In this document: piece by piece, positions 49,379 to 60,081 of the stretch
Layout: each line of letters opens with the position of its first letter
Position numbering within the stretch: the first letter of the stretch is position 1
Origin: an uncultured Chloroflexia bacterium
GTDB taxonomy: Bacteria > Chloroflexota > Chloroflexia > QHBQ01 > JADMIH01
DNA: 64,000 bases
Assembly: GCA_963797095.1 (NCBI GenBank)
Contig: CAWCNY010000003.1
Location: 512,001-576,000 of the forward strand
Reading direction: 5' to 3'
Position numbers and translations under genes: made by a program
The notes under the pieces: generated by a model
Seen by the model: the letters and a program-made list of their open reading frames with translations, nothing else
What the model was told of the DNA's origin: nothing
The model's database searches: none

Positions 49379-50440
49379 TTGGAGAAAGAGAGGGAGAGAA
49401 CGGAGAGGACGCAGACCGTGAACACGGCGAATACGAACACGGTAAAGCCAGCAAGGGCAGCAAGGGCGACAGAACATCACATGTTGCTGGAAAGCTATCT
49501 ACGCCAGTTACGATTGCCCAGCTTCGTGCAACACTACCAGAAGTTGGCTCAAGATGCCGCACAGACCAACCTCAGCTATGAACGTTTTCTGTTAGCTCTG
49601 GCTGAAGGAGAGGTAGGCCAACGAGAAGTGCATCGAGTGGAACGCTCTATCGCCTCCGCCAAATTCCCGGTGCTCAAAGAGCTTGCTGACTTCGATTTCA
49701 GTGTCGTGCAGGGTTTAGCCAAGACGAGGGTACTTGAACTGGCTCAGGGTGGGTACATTCAGAGGGCAGAGCCGATCCTTTTGGTTGGCAATCCAGGGCT
49801 TGGCAAGACCCATATTGCCACAAGTCTTGCCCTTGCGGCTTGCCGTCAGGGCCATCATGTGCGCTTCTACAACGTAGCAGGCTTAATCAATGATATGATC
49901 CAGGCACAACAGGAGCTGCGATTGTCCCGTTTCATGACACAGATGTGCAAGCAGCAGGTGATTGTGCTGGACGAGCTAGGCTTCATACCATTTACAGCGG
50001 CGGGTGCGCAGTTGCTCTTCCAGTTCTGTTCGACCCTTTACGAGAGAGTGGCAATCATCATAACTACGAACCTGCGATTTGGAGATTGGAACAGTGTGTT
50101 AGGAGATGAGCGAATGACGGCTGCACTTTTGGACCGGCTCACGCACAAAGCACACATTCTGGAGTTTGTTGGAGAGTCGTTTCGTTTTCGCCAGCGTCTT
50201 CAACAGCAACAGGTGCAGGGGCAGGGGCAGGGGCGAAGTGAAAGAACAGGTGATGGTGCGAACGGGAATTTCGGGTACGGTTCTATTCAGAGTCTGGAGA
50301 GCCGAGAGATGGAAGGAGGGGAGGAAGACGAGGGGGCAGAAGCGGGGGAGATCGGGGAGAGCGGGGAGAGAAACGGGGAGAGCGGGGAGACAGAGGAAGC
50401 AGAACCGGCGCAAATGGCAAGCATCGCTGATCGGCCTTAG
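49379..50440 (+). CDS. istB: IS21 helper AAA+ ATPase IstB with acidic low-complexity tail
   Basis: GNPGLGKT, VLDELGF, ITTNL, ALLDRLTH, GESFR; TTG start after AGGAGG (ORF track starts at 49313). Confidence 0.95.
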   Translation: MEKERERTERTQTVNTANTNTVKPARAARATEHHMLLESYLRQLRLPSFVQHYQKLAQDAAQTNLSYERFLLALAEGEVGQREVHRVERSIASAKFPVLKELADFDFSVVQGLAKTRVLELAQGGYIQRAEPILLVGNPGLGKTHIATSLALAACRQGHHVRFYNVAGLINDMIQAQQELRLSRFMTQMCKQQVIVLDELGFIPFTAAGAQLLFQFCSTLYERVAIIITTNLRFGDWNSVLGDERMTAALLDRLTHKAHILEFVGESFRFRQRLQQQQVQGQGQGRSERTGDGANGNFGYGSIQSLESREMEGGEEDEGAEAGEIGESGERNGESGETEEAEPAQMASIADRP

Positions 50441-50481
50441 TTTTTTCGCAAAATTGACCTCAAAATGGCCGAAATTAAGTC

Positions 50482-50796
50482 ATGACCTCTAACTCCAGCT
50501 CTAACCCAAGCGCACTCCCAGCTAGCGAACCTGCCGTCGAACCGCCCTCGAAGGTGGTAACGACCTGCCGGGGCTACACACGAACCCTCCACGCTCAACT
50601 CGTTTCGTTCCGTTGCGAGTGGTGCAGCGAGGAGCGAGAGGTGTGGCAGTATCCAGGGGCAGCTCCGCGTTACTGCGATGGTTGCCGAAGGGAAGCCCAA
50701 AGGGCGATGAACACGGCGCGCCAGCGGGAGAAGCGCAAGCGAGACACTAGCCCCTACGGATGGCGACCACGGGTAGGACGGCCTCGCAAGCCTTGA
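50482..50796 (+). CDS. Small CxxC..CxxC zinc-binding protein with C-terminal AT-hook-like motif (IS21 passenger)
   Basis: CEWC-16 aa-CDGC, basic helix, GRPRKP; co-oriented 41 bp after istB. Confidence 0.65.
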   Translation: MTSNSSSNPSALPASEPAVEPPSKVVTTCRGYTRTLHAQLVSFRCEWCSEEREVWQYPGAAPRYCDGCRREAQRAMNTARQREKRKRDTSPYGWRPRVGRPRKP

Positions 50797-50907
50797 AATC
50801 GGTGAACTGAGCGTATCCTAATTGGCACACCGAGCCTTATTGCGTCTGGGTAAATGAGCAGGATGGTCCCTGTGCCTACTCTTCCGATGCCAAATGGCTA
50901 TAACCAT

Positions 50908-51444
50908 TCACTGTGATATCTCTAGCTTCAATATCACCGGATCCGAGGGATCGCCGTCTATGTGGGCATACCAAATCTTGACTTGTAGCCCCTCTTTCAT
51001 TGGCCCCCCAAGTGTACTTACATGGTGAAAGCCAAGGCTCTCGCTGTATTCGGAGTAACTAAACTGGACCCCTTGCACCCTAAAGCTCTCGGCCTTGCCA
51101 CTGGCCGTACTGGTTAGGTCTATTACTTGCCCCTCAGCAACCTGTGCCTGATTAGTGGCGAGCAAATCGCTGCCAGTATGATATGCGGAAAGCGTCGACG
51201 CAAAGAGGAAGATCGCAACGCACAAACCAGCACAGATCAGGGTTACAGATCCAGATATCCTTATGGCACTAGGTACCTTGGGTATGCGGCTGCGATTGAC
51301 CAATATTCCAACACCGACGAACGCAACCGCCAGAGGGATTATTACAACCCACCATGCAAACGATTGTTGCGAAGCGTCAAAGACCGTTCGATAAGCCACG
51401 ACCGTGCTGCGGTCCATGTTGTTCCAAATGTCGACTAAAGTCAT
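50908..51444 (-). CDS. Hypothetical two-TM membrane protein (IS21 passenger)
   Basis: 178-aa ORF with two TMs then an OB-like VAEGQV..ESFRVQGVQFSY..GLQVKIWY region; lies inside the IS21 ends. Confidence 0.7.
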   Translation of the reverse strand: MTLVDIWNNMDRSTVVAYRTVFDASQQSFAWWVVIIPLAVAFVGVGILVNRSRIPKVPSAIRISGSVTLICAGLCVAIFLFASTLSAYHTGSDLLATNQAQVAEGQVIDLTSTASGKAESFRVQGVQFSYSEYSESLGFHHVSTLGGPMKEGLQVKIWYAHIDGDPSDPVILKLEISQ

Positions 51445-51582
51445 GTCCGTGATGTCCCCACTAGACTTGCGATTTCCGTGTGGCCCCCTTTTCGATTATC
51501 AAATGGCTCCCTTTTTAATTATCAATATTTTCGTCGGGGAGGAGAAGTGGCTCCCTTTTTGGTTATCAAATGGCTCCCTTTT

Positions 51583-53079
51583 CTATTGACAAAAACATAG
51601 GTCATACAGATGCTCCTGAGCAACACCCGCCACAAACTGCTTATGCAGCCAATCCAGCAAGTGCCGCCGATGCACTCGCTGCATTTCTCGGCGCGCATCC
51701 CCGATGGTCACACGAACATGTTCAGTCTCGGTCGTGGTGGCCTGCAAACGGGCACGCTCCTCGTCCAAGAGCAGGTACGCCGCCAACACCAACGTCCAGA
51801 ACCGCTCGATAGCCGGGGCGCTCATCACTTGGTAGTGGTCAAGCCCCATCAACTCCTTGCAGTCGGCAAACAGCACCTCGATGTCCCAGCGTGCCGCTAC
51901 ATATTGCAGCAACTGCTCCACACTTGCCCCCAAGTCACTCGATGCCCAGTATCTGGTCTCGGACACAGGAGCACCCAGGCTGTGCCTCACTACCAGCACC
52001 TGGCACTTGTACAGCTTACGCACCATTGTGGTAATCGCATGCGCGTACACAGTGCTCACCTCCCCTTTGGCATCGGCATCGCGACCGCAACCGAGTTCGC
52101 TTCTGGGCCAGCGTACCAGCACGTAATCGGCCTCGCTCAAGCCCGCCACATATTCCGGCAGAGGCTGCCAACACCAGTCTGCAGCACTGGCGGCACTGGC
52201 GGCACTGGCGGCACTGGCGGCACTGGCGGCACTGGCGGCACTGGCGGCACTGGCGGCACTGGCGGCACTGGCGGCACTCGTACCGCCGACAAGCTGCTCT
52301 ACTCGGATGGAGCGATTGGCTTTCAGCCCACTGGTAATATGGAAGGCTCGCTGCCGAGCCGCCTTCCATACCGCCTTGCACCCAAACCAACTGTCCACCA
52401 GCACATGGGTGTCGGTCCCTTCCACCGGCTCGAAACTCTCAATCTGCTCCACCAGCAGGTCAACCTTGCTCTTGAAGGGCACACCCTCTCGCTCACAGAC
52501 CTCTCGCTGCCGATACAGACAAGGAGCCTGGGGACAGCACCTATCCAACGTAGGCAACACATACAGGGTGGTCAACATGTTGTGCCCTTGCACCGGGTGC
52601 CCCACCGTCGAGGAGAAGTGGCGGCCTATCCCAGCCATCTTGCGGCCTTTGGGCTTGTGCATGGTGGAGTCGTCTCCAATCAAGTAACCGGTCACAGAGG
52701 TTACACGAGCAGGAAGGCGACCCTTACGACCCCGACCGGTGTAGCGTCGGTGGTGACTACGCAAGGTGGCACGCTCTTGGGCTACCTGGGGGGCAAGTTG
52801 TGCTCGGAAACGGGCACACCAGGCAGCCACAACAGCCTGCCCTTCCCAAGGAGCGCGGCTCAAGAAGCGGCTCAGGCCACAGTAAGCGCGAGCGCGGGTG
52901 CGTACTCCGCCTCCGCACACAGCACGGTGCAGTCCACACAGGGTACGAGCTTCCATGCACAACAGCAAGGCCAGCAGTACGGTAACAAAGTACTGGAATT
53001 GAGGCTTGCTGAAGCAGTGACGGAAGGTCTGGGCGAAGTAGCGCACGCTCCCATCGGCGCATATAATGGGGGTAGGCAT
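51583..53079 (-). CDS. IS701-like DDE transposase containing an (SAA)x11 insertion; C-terminus altered by the IS21 insertion
   Basis: LIGDDS, VLVDSWF, RWDIEVLFADCKELMGL; GGAGG RBS before MPTPII. Confidence 0.88.
   Translation of the reverse strand: MPTPIICADGSVRYFAQTFRHCFSKPQFQYFVTVLLALLLCMEARTLCGLHRAVCGGGVRTRARAYCGLSRFLSRAPWEGQAVVAAWCARFRAQLAPQVAQERATLRSHHRRYTGRGRKGRLPARVTSVTGYLIGDDSTMHKPKGRKMAGIGRHFSSTVGHPVQGHNMLTTLYVLPTLDRCCPQAPCLYRQREVCEREGVPFKSKVDLLVEQIESFEPVEGTDTHVLVDSWFGCKAVWKAARQRAFHITSGLKANRSIRVEQLVGGTSAASAASAASAASAASAASAASAASAASAASAADWCWQPLPEYVAGLSEADYVLVRWPRSELGCGRDADAKGEVSTVYAHAITTMVRKLYKCQVLVVRHSLGAPVSETRYWASSDLGASVEQLLQYVAARWDIEVLFADCKELMGLDHYQVMSAPAIERFWTLVLAAYLLLDEERARLQATTTETEHVRVTIGDARREMQRVHRRHLLDWLHKQFVAGVAQEHLYDLCFCQ
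52181..52279. repeat. 9-bp tandem repeat (GGCGGCACT) x about 11, in frame
   Basis: Read directly; encodes SAA repeats on the minus strand. Confidence 0.95.
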
Positions 53080-53234
53080 AGTGGTCCTCCTCGGGTAAGG
53101 ATTGGTGTTCGCAACCCTCTTATACCCGATAGGCCCTATGCCTTCAATCATTCACTTTGAAATGTGCAAAGATAGAGTGATAATGTAAAAGGGGTGTACT
53201 GCGCCCTTGGTGTTGGACACAAATGGGGCTTAGG

Positions 53235-54240
53235 TTAGTCAATAGCCCCGACCGGCTGGGCTGACCGGCTAGCGGCGAGTGCGTCCTGGCTCCCCACGCC
53301 ACCACCCAGATATACCTGGTTGCAGCTCTGGTTGCGCTGAACCCACTGCGCCTCGAACTCAGCAGGGGTCATGTACCCCAGCGATGAGTGTATCCGCTTG
53401 TGCTGGTACACCTCGTCCAGGAACCGCCCGATCTGCTGGTAAGCATCATTGTAGTCGATGTATTCCGATAAATCTACCTCCTCTTCCTTGATGGTTCGAA
53501 TCACCCGTTCCGCGTACCCGTTCTGCCACGCCTGCCCCACCTCAGCCATGCTGATGGCAACTCCCGCTCCCACCAGCATCTGCACGTAGCCACCCGCCGC
53601 GTACTGTACTCCCTGGTCGGAGTGGTGGATTTGAGGAGTGCCAACGAGCAGTGCCCGCCGCAGTGCCGTTTCAGTAAGGTCAGCATCCAGCCACCGCGAG
53701 AGGTGCCACCCACGGATTGAGCGAGTGAACACATCCATGACCACAGCCAAGTAGACAAACTCGCTCCCGAGGCGCACGTAGGTGATGTCCCCGACCCAAA
53801 GCTGCTCTGGTCGCACCACCGCCAGCCCCTCTACCAGGTTGGGGTAGCGTGGGAACGAGTGGGCACTATTGGTCGTGCGCTTCTTACGGCGAGGGATGCG
53901 TCCTTGCAGGCCCATCTCACGCATCAACCGCCGCACTCGCTTGTGGTTGGCCCGAAGCTCGTACCCACCCGCTTCCTTGCTTCTGCGTAGCTGATGGGTG
54001 ATGCGCCTGTATCCATAGGTAGACCAGCGGTCAGCAACCGCTTGGATGGCCTCTTTTACCTCTTGGTCTGGCGCACTCTGGACCCGAGACGTGGTCTGAG
54101 CTTGAGTGTAATGGTAGTAGCTGCTGCGAGGGTAGTCCAGCAGACGGCAAACCAGCTGTACCGGGTAGCTCTCCTCTTGAACGAGCTTCACGACTGCCCG
54201 CCTTTTCTGCTCAGCTCTGCATTCAAGATCGCAGACCCCT
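53235..54240 (-). CDS. IS3 OrfB (integrase core), expressed via -1 frameshift
   Basis: YGYRRI, WVGDITY, HHSDQGVQY, NGYAER..RTIKEE, RIHSSLGY; A-AAA-AAG slippery site at 54239-54245. Confidence 0.92.
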
Positions 54241-54517
54241 TTTTTAGGATTTCCATCTCCAGAGTCATGCGTCCAACCAGCCTCTCCAACTCGGCTATCC
54301 GTTCTGCTTGTGGGTCGGCCACTCGTCCGGAAGGGCCGTTCTCGAAGAGCTTGGGGGCACTTGCCACGAAATCGGCTTTCCATCTGGACAGCAATTCGGG
54401 CTTGATGGAGTACTCGCGAGAGGCCTGAGCTACACTCTTGGCTCCTGTGAGGATTTCCAGCACTACCTGCGCTTTGAACTCGGCGCTGAAACTCCGCCGA
54501 TTTTGCATCTGAGGCAT
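54188..54517 (-). CDS. IS3 OrfA (HTH)
   Basis: RRSFSAEFKAQVVLE, LLSRWK, IAELERLVG..EILKK; AAGGAG RBS. Confidence 0.92.
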   Translation of the reverse strand: MPQMQNRRSFSAEFKAQVVLEILTGAKSVAQASREYSIKPELLSRWKADFVASAPKLFENGPSGRVADPQAERIAELERLVGRMTLEMEILKKGSAILNAELSRKGGQS

Positions 54518-55563
54518 CTTGTTGCGCTCCTTTCCGTTCTTGGACCATCATACGACATTGATTATCCGCTGTGTCCAAGTCCCGGGGCGCACTACAGAGG
54601 TAACTCCATCGAGTGGAGAGTTAGCCCTCTCCCAGTGGATTCTGTCCCACTGTCCCCACGTAAAAGGGTCTCTGACCCCGGCCACGCCAGTAGTAAGCAA
54701 TGAACCTGGTGGAATGCAGGCCACGCAAGCGCCGCTGACTGGTAGCCTAAACCTGGTCATGCGCAAGGGGAAGTCAGATAGGTCAACGCAAGTGAACTGC
54801 CATCTAAAGCTTCGTGATTCGGCAAGAGTGCAATAAGGCTGAGACACTCTCACCAAAATGGTAAGTGGGTGGTCGAGCAAATCCAGTCGCTGCTCGACGA
54901 CAGGACACACTCCCACCGGAGCATAGGCAGGACCTTCCCTGGACGCATCTCAACACCTGGAACTACGGTAAGCCCGTTGAGTTCTCCACTTGGCATGCGG
55001 AGTAAGCCGACCGTAAGGAAGGCAGAATTACTCATCGGGTAAAAGACGCTGGAGCAAGCGAAGGCCCGCAGTAATGCGCGGGATAGGGGTTCTTTTCAAG
55101 ATTTGCCCCACGCCGAAAGGCGGCTGACTTCCAGCTAGCTTCTGACGATAGAACTAATGTGAAGGAACCAAACTGACGTGCAAGATAGAGTCACTTCTGA
55201 CATCGGAACGCCAGGATCTGCTTTCAGCGAGATACCCAAACAAGGCACTCCCATTGATTGGGACGCTATTGACTGGGCTATTGTTAACAATCGGGTCAGG
55301 AACCTGAGACAAAGGATTTATCGTGCGACCGCAGCGGGTCAGTGGAATCAGGTGCGCAGCCTGAAGAAGCTGATGATGCGCAGCTACGCAAACCTGCTAC
55401 TGTCAACGCGAAGAGTGACCATGGACAATCACGGCAAGAAAACGGCTGGCATTGATGGTCAGACTGCTCTTACCGCCAAAACCAGGACGCAAGTGATCCG
55501 CGAGATGCCGGAGTACAAACCACGACAGGTCAAACCAGCCCGGCGGATATATATACCTAAGGC

Positions 55564-57039
55564 TATTGGTGACAAGTTAAGGTAATCACAGGGATGTCAA
55601 ACAGCAGATTGAGCATGAGAAGCACGACAACGACGTTTCTGCTTGAGCAGGTCAAGGTCCTTGGCCTTGCGAGCCAGGTAGTCTACCACATCAAGCTCCA
55701 GGGTAGGGTCTCGCCCTTGCTCTCGCAGACGTTGACAGGCTTGCGTGTAATGGTACAATGCCCGGAACACCATCTCCAACGATATTGCCTTGAATGGCTG
55801 CCTTACCGCCTCAGCCACTGCGTCGGTGAGGTCCACCAGCACCGCATACAGTATCCAGGTGGCCCATACCTGCACCTGCACGGCGTTGGACGCTCCACAC
55901 CAGAAGTAGGCCAGTCCCAGCAGACGCTTGACGATGTTGAAGGCATCTTCCATGCGCCACCGCTCAGCATACAACGCCGCCACCTGCTCAGCCGGCAATC
56001 TGTGGGGGTCGGTCACGTTGGTCAGGTAGCGGTACCACTTGCCTTTCACCGATATTTCCACTACCCGCATCGGGTGAGCACAGCGTGTGGTGCCCTGACC
56101 CAACACCACTTCATAGTCGTGTATGCTGTCCGTCTGTTGCAGCACCCGCACCACTTGTATGGCCGCATTCGCCTTGAGAGGGGTCAGCATACTCACTCCT
56201 CGCTCGGTGAGGCGGTCGAAGAAGGTGTAGTTGACAAAGCCCATGTCAAACAAGGCCAACAGCCCACTCTCCAACGTCTCGATGATCCCGTCCCAGAAGA
56301 GTTGGTCGTGCGCCGCACTATCCGGTTCATAAATGATGTGCACAGGCAAGCGAGAACACAGGTCGAGCACCCCCGCGATGCGCCCACCCAACAGGGCCGA
56401 GTGCTTGTCAGGGAGCTCTTGCAGCAGACCCACTTTACGCAGCAAAGTGTCAAGGGTGGACCCATCGAAAGCCACCACACCCGTGTAATGCCCCTTGGCC
56501 CAGGTGAGCACGCTTGGCAAGGGGCGCACTCGAGCGTGCCAGCGGTCATGCATGAGGGGCAGCACATCCAGGAGCACCTGCCTGAACAGCGAGGCGGGCA
56601 TAGTCCTCAGACGCTGGTTTACAGCTTGTTGCGACACCGACACAGGAGGCACCCACAGTACTCCATCTTCATGCAGTACCCTCACGGCTTCTCGCACCGA
56701 GCCGATCTGACGCCAGATCATGCTCAACGCGAAGGCCATCATCACCGGCAAAGTCAGGATGCGGTGGCGCAAGCCCATGACCTGATAGGCAGCTATCTGG
56801 GCATAGGTAGCAGGGTGGATAAGTTCAGTCAGCCTCTGCTCCACTGCAGCGGCAGGCGGTCCCACAGTAGGACGCTTGGAGCGGTCCCGCTGTATAGCGC
56901 GAGTATGGCGGACGCTGCTGTTCTTTGGTTTGGAAGGGTTGGAAGATGTGCTCATGCATGATTCTACCCAACCTCTCGACCCAAATCCAGCAGCAAAACA
57001 GCTTGACATCATGCACATGACCTTAACTTGTCACCAATA
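55564..57039 (-). mobile_element. IS4-family element, 9-bp TSD ACCTAAGGC
   Basis: 19-bp perfect IRs TATTGGTGACAAGTTAAGG; TSD at 55555-55563 and 57040-57048. Confidence 0.95.
55597..56955 (-). CDS. IS4-family transposase
   Basis: AFDGSTL, LFDMGF, YLTN, YREK-type YAERWRMEDAFNIVK (ORF track starts at 57018). Confidence 0.92.
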   Translation of the reverse strand: MSTSSNPSKPKNSSVRHTRAIQRDRSKRPTVGPPAAAVEQRLTELIHPATYAQIAAYQVMGLRHRILTLPVMMAFALSMIWRQIGSVREAVRVLHEDGVLWVPPVSVSQQAVNQRLRTMPASLFRQVLLDVLPLMHDRWHARVRPLPSVLTWAKGHYTGVVAFDGSTLDTLLRKVGLLQELPDKHSALLGGRIAGVLDLCSRLPVHIIYEPDSAAHDQLFWDGIIETLESGLLALFDMGFVNYTFFDRLTERGVSMLTPLKANAAIQVVRVLQQTDSIHDYEVVLGQGTTRCAHPMRVVEISVKGKWYRYLTNVTDPHRLPAEQVAALYAERWRMEDAFNIVKRLLGLAYFWCGASNAVQVQVWATWILYAVLVDLTDAVAEAVRQPFKAISLEMVFRALYHYTQACQRLREQGRDPTLELDVVDYLARKAKDLDLLKQKRRCRASHAQSAV

Positions 57040-57574
57040 ACCTAAGGCCAATGGCAAACAAAGGCCGATCGGCATCCAAACTCTCAAAGACCGCATCGCG
57101 CAGGCAGTTATCAAGAACGCACTGGAACCAAGTTGGGAGGCCCAATTCGAGCCGAACAGCTATGGCTTTCGTCCGGGCCGCAATTGTCATGATGCCATCG
57201 TGCAATGCTGGAACTGGTTTAAGGGCGCAAACGGACACAGCTTTGTGCTCGACGCCGATATCCGGGGTGCGTTCGACAATATCAGTCAGGAATATATCCT
57301 CGACGCCATTGGCCAAACGCCGGGACGCGAGTGGATAGAAGCATGGCTGAAGGCAGGCTATGTAGAGGCCGAGATCTTCCACGCCACTGAGAGTGGTACC
57401 TCACAAGGCTCTGTCGTCTCACCATTACTCGCCAACATTGCCTTGGACGGTATGGAACGCTGGCTTGGTCAATGGACTAACCAGCGAACTTACACCAACA
57501 AGCGCGGCAAACAGGTGGGATGTGTACATAAACAGGCTAATCCACGCTACGGTTACATCCGTTTTGCGGACGAC

Positions 57575-60081
57575 GTGCGCCACATAACCAAGATAATGGA
57601 TTCCTTTCGCAGAAAGGGGAGGTACGGAAGACAAGACCTCCGGGTCAACAGCTTACCTGGAAGCGAAAGCTGAAGGGAACAGTAGCATGCTGCTGAAGCG
57701 GAAGATACTTGAAGATGCTTAGGGTATCGTTCTGCAAGACCCGCGTGATATGGTGAGAGCCAAACTGCCCAAACCTTAGTCTCCAGCGATGCAAGCGAAT
57801 ATTCTCCGACCATAGCATCTATTGGCGGAGCCATTGTGATAGGGCGGTTAAGTCGTCGCCGCCTGAACCTTTCGCACAATGGGCGGTCAGGAACGACCTG
57901 ACTCAAGGAGACGGAACAGGCACCTACGTCACGCTCGATACGTCCATAACCTTGGGAATGTGGGATCGCCTACAGGGCGCGAGCCCCATGGCGACGGAGC
58001 CACCATATTACTCCGAGGACGGGAAAGCCGTCTACATGGCAACATAGCAACATAGCAACATAGCAACATGGCAATGCCTTGCAAAGAAGATAAGTTGCCA
58101 ATGGGGAAGGGTGGCAGGTGTTGTGAGACCCAATCAGGGAGGTACGCGAGATGCGAAACGCCGAAACTGTGCTGGGGATCATCCATGAACGCGGCAAGAA
58201 GGGCTTGCCATTGGAGGACGTGTACCGGCAACTGTTCAACCCAGACTTGTATCTACTCGCTTATGGGCATATCTACCGCAATAACGGGGCTATGACACCT
58301 GGCGTAACAGACGAAACTGTGGATGGGATGTCGCTGGCCAAGATCGAAGCCATCATCGGTGCACTACGACAGGAACGATATCGATGGACGCCAGTACGAC
58401 GCGTGTACATCGCCAAGAGAAACTCGACCAAAAGGCGTGGGCTAGGAATCCCTTCTTGGTCGGATAAGCTGTTGCAAGAAGTGATACGCCTTATCCTACA
58501 GGCATATTACGAACCGCAATTCAGCCCGGCCTCACACGGCTTTCGCCCTCAACGTGGGTGTCACACCGCGCTAAGCGAGATCCAACATAAGTGGGTAGGC
58601 ACAAAATGGTGGGTGGAAGGCGATATCAGAGCGTGCTTCGACACTCTGGACCACACAGTCCTGATATCAATCCTACGCGAGAAGATCTTCGACAATCGCT
58701 TCTTACGCTTGATCGAACGCCTCCTGCAAGCCGGATACCTGGAAGAATGGCGTTATCACTGCACCCTGAGTGGAAGCCCACAAGGTGCCGTGCTCAGCCC
58801 CGTTCTTTCGAACATCTACATGGACAAGTTGGACCAGTTTGTCGAGAAGACACTGCTTCCCAGGTACACGTGCGGAAACCGTCGTAGACTTAATCCTGAA
58901 TGGCAACGGCGACAACAGCTTGCTCGGCAATTGAAGGAACATGGTGACAAGAAAGAGGCCTGCAAAATGCGTCGTCTGATGCAGCAGGTCCCCTCCTTGG
59001 ACACACACGACCCCAACTACCGACGCCTGCGTTACTGTCGTTACGCCGATGATTGGCTACTCGGTTTCAGCGGCCCACGAGAAGAAGCCCAGGAAATCAA
59101 GTCTGCAATCCGGGACTTCTTACGAGAGGATCTCAAGTTGGAACTCTCTGAGGAAAAGACGCTGATTACCCATGCGCGGACCAAAGCTGCGCATTTCCTG
59201 GGCTATGATATCGTGGTGCTCAATAACGACCACAAGCTGGATCGCCGAGGTCACCGCAGCATCAACGGCGGGATCGGACTGAAAGTACCAGCAGAGGTTG
59301 TGAAAGTGAAATGCAAACGCTATCTGCGCCACGCCAAACCGATCCACCGACCGGAACTTGAACACGATGCTGTCTTCAGTATCGTGGCACAATACCAGCA
59401 GGAGTACCGGGGTCTCGTGGAATACTATCGACTGGCCTTCAACCTTCACAAACTCAACCAACTGAAATGGCTAATGGAACGCTCCCTGGCACAGACACTG
59501 GCCTCAAAACTCAAGATCAGTGTCCGATCTATCTACAAGCGATACCACACCTTAGTACGGACAGATCAGGGAACACGTGCAATCCTCGAAGTCAGGGTAG
59601 AGCGTGATGAGGGCGATCGTGATAAGGGCGATAAAGGAAGAAAACCGTTGATAGCGCGGTGGGGCGGTATTTCACTCGCACGCAACTCCAAGGCAATACT
59701 GAACGACGCGCCCCTACAAATCAGCGGACCGAGAGCGGAACTCGAACGACGCCTCTTGGCACAAGCTTGTGAGCTTTGTGGTTCACGAGAAAACATCGAG
59801 GTGCATCATGTACGAGCACTCAAAGATCTACGGACCAAAGGACGCGCAGAACCGCCTTTCTGGATGCAGGTGATGGCAGCTCGCAAGCGCAAGACGCTGG
59901 TGGTCTGTCGCGAGTGCCACGATAGCATTCATGCTGGTCGCAACACTCAAACTGCTGCCGTGAAAGCCGCGAGAAGGAAAACACTGGAGAGCCGGGTACT
60001 CCGAAAGGCGTAAGCCCGGTTCGGGGAGAGGCGGACAGAAAAGAGCTGCGCAAGCAGCACCTCGCTGGCCGCCCACTCCAC
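57575..60081 (+). mobile_element. Group II intron (inner; ML-class/IIA-like), apparently complete; forms a twintron
   Basis: 5' GTGCG; domain V GAGCCGGGTACTCCGAAAGGCGTAAGCCCGGTTC near 59989; ends CCCACTCCAC; precise removal restores RFADD|FIIT. Confidence 0.95.
58151..60013 (+). CDS. Inner intron-encoded RT/maturase/HNH endonuclease (LtrA-like)
   Basis: GAMTPG, LGIPSWSDKLLQE, SHGFRP, EGDIRACFD, PQGAVLSP, RYADD, FLGY, CELC..EVHH..CRECH. Confidence 0.95.
   Translation: MRNAETVLGIIHERGKKGLPLEDVYRQLFNPDLYLLAYGHIYRNNGAMTPGVTDETVDGMSLAKIEAIIGALRQERYRWTPVRRVYIAKRNSTKRRGLGIPSWSDKLLQEVIRLILQAYYEPQFSPASHGFRPQRGCHTALSEIQHKWVGTKWWVEGDIRACFDTLDHTVLISILREKIFDNRFLRLIERLLQAGYLEEWRYHCTLSGSPQGAVLSPVLSNIYMDKLDQFVEKTLLPRYTCGNRRRLNPEWQRRQQLARQLKEHGDKKEACKMRRLMQQVPSLDTHDPNYRRLRYCRYADDWLLGFSGPREEAQEIKSAIRDFLREDLKLELSEEKTLITHARTKAAHFLGYDIVVLNNDHKLDRRGHRSINGGIGLKVPAEVVKVKCKRYLRHAKPIHRPELEHDAVFSIVAQYQQEYRGLVEYYRLAFNLHKLNQLKWLMERSLAQTLASKLKISVRSIYKRYHTLVRTDQGTRAILEVRVERDEGDRDKGDKGRKPLIARWGGISLARNSKAILNDAPLQISGPRAELERRLLAQACELCGSRENIEVHHVRALKDLRTKGRAEPPFWMQVMAARKRKTLVVCRECHDSIHAGRNTQTAAVKAARRKTLESRVLRKA

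Larger units (their letters stand above)
47522..51597 (+). mobile_element. Intact IS21-family element with two extra genes, 6-bp TSD TAGGTC
   Basis: TG...CA ends; TSD at 47516-47521 and 51598-51603; AAAAGGGAGCCA-type repeats x2 at the left end and x4 (inverted) at 51481-51582. Confidence 0.93.
47473..53177 (-). mobile_element. IS701-like element inserted in the shell's left end, 8-bp TSD TGATAATG
   Basis: IRs CTCTATCTTTGCA(G/C)ATTT at both ends; TSD at 47465-47472 and 53178-53185. Confidence 0.88.
53195..54596 (-). mobile_element. IS3-family element, apparently intact, no TSD
   Basis: Ends TGTACTGCGCCC..TTGGACAC and GTGTCCAA..GGGCGCACTACA; flanks GGGG vs GAGG do not match. Confidence 0.92.

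Noticed and set aside
51610-56961. Plus-strand ORFs 51610-53160 (with TGG repeats) and 55594-56961
   Set aside because: Antisense to the IS701-like and IS4 transposases; the Gly-rich run is just the 9-bp repeat read on the other strand.
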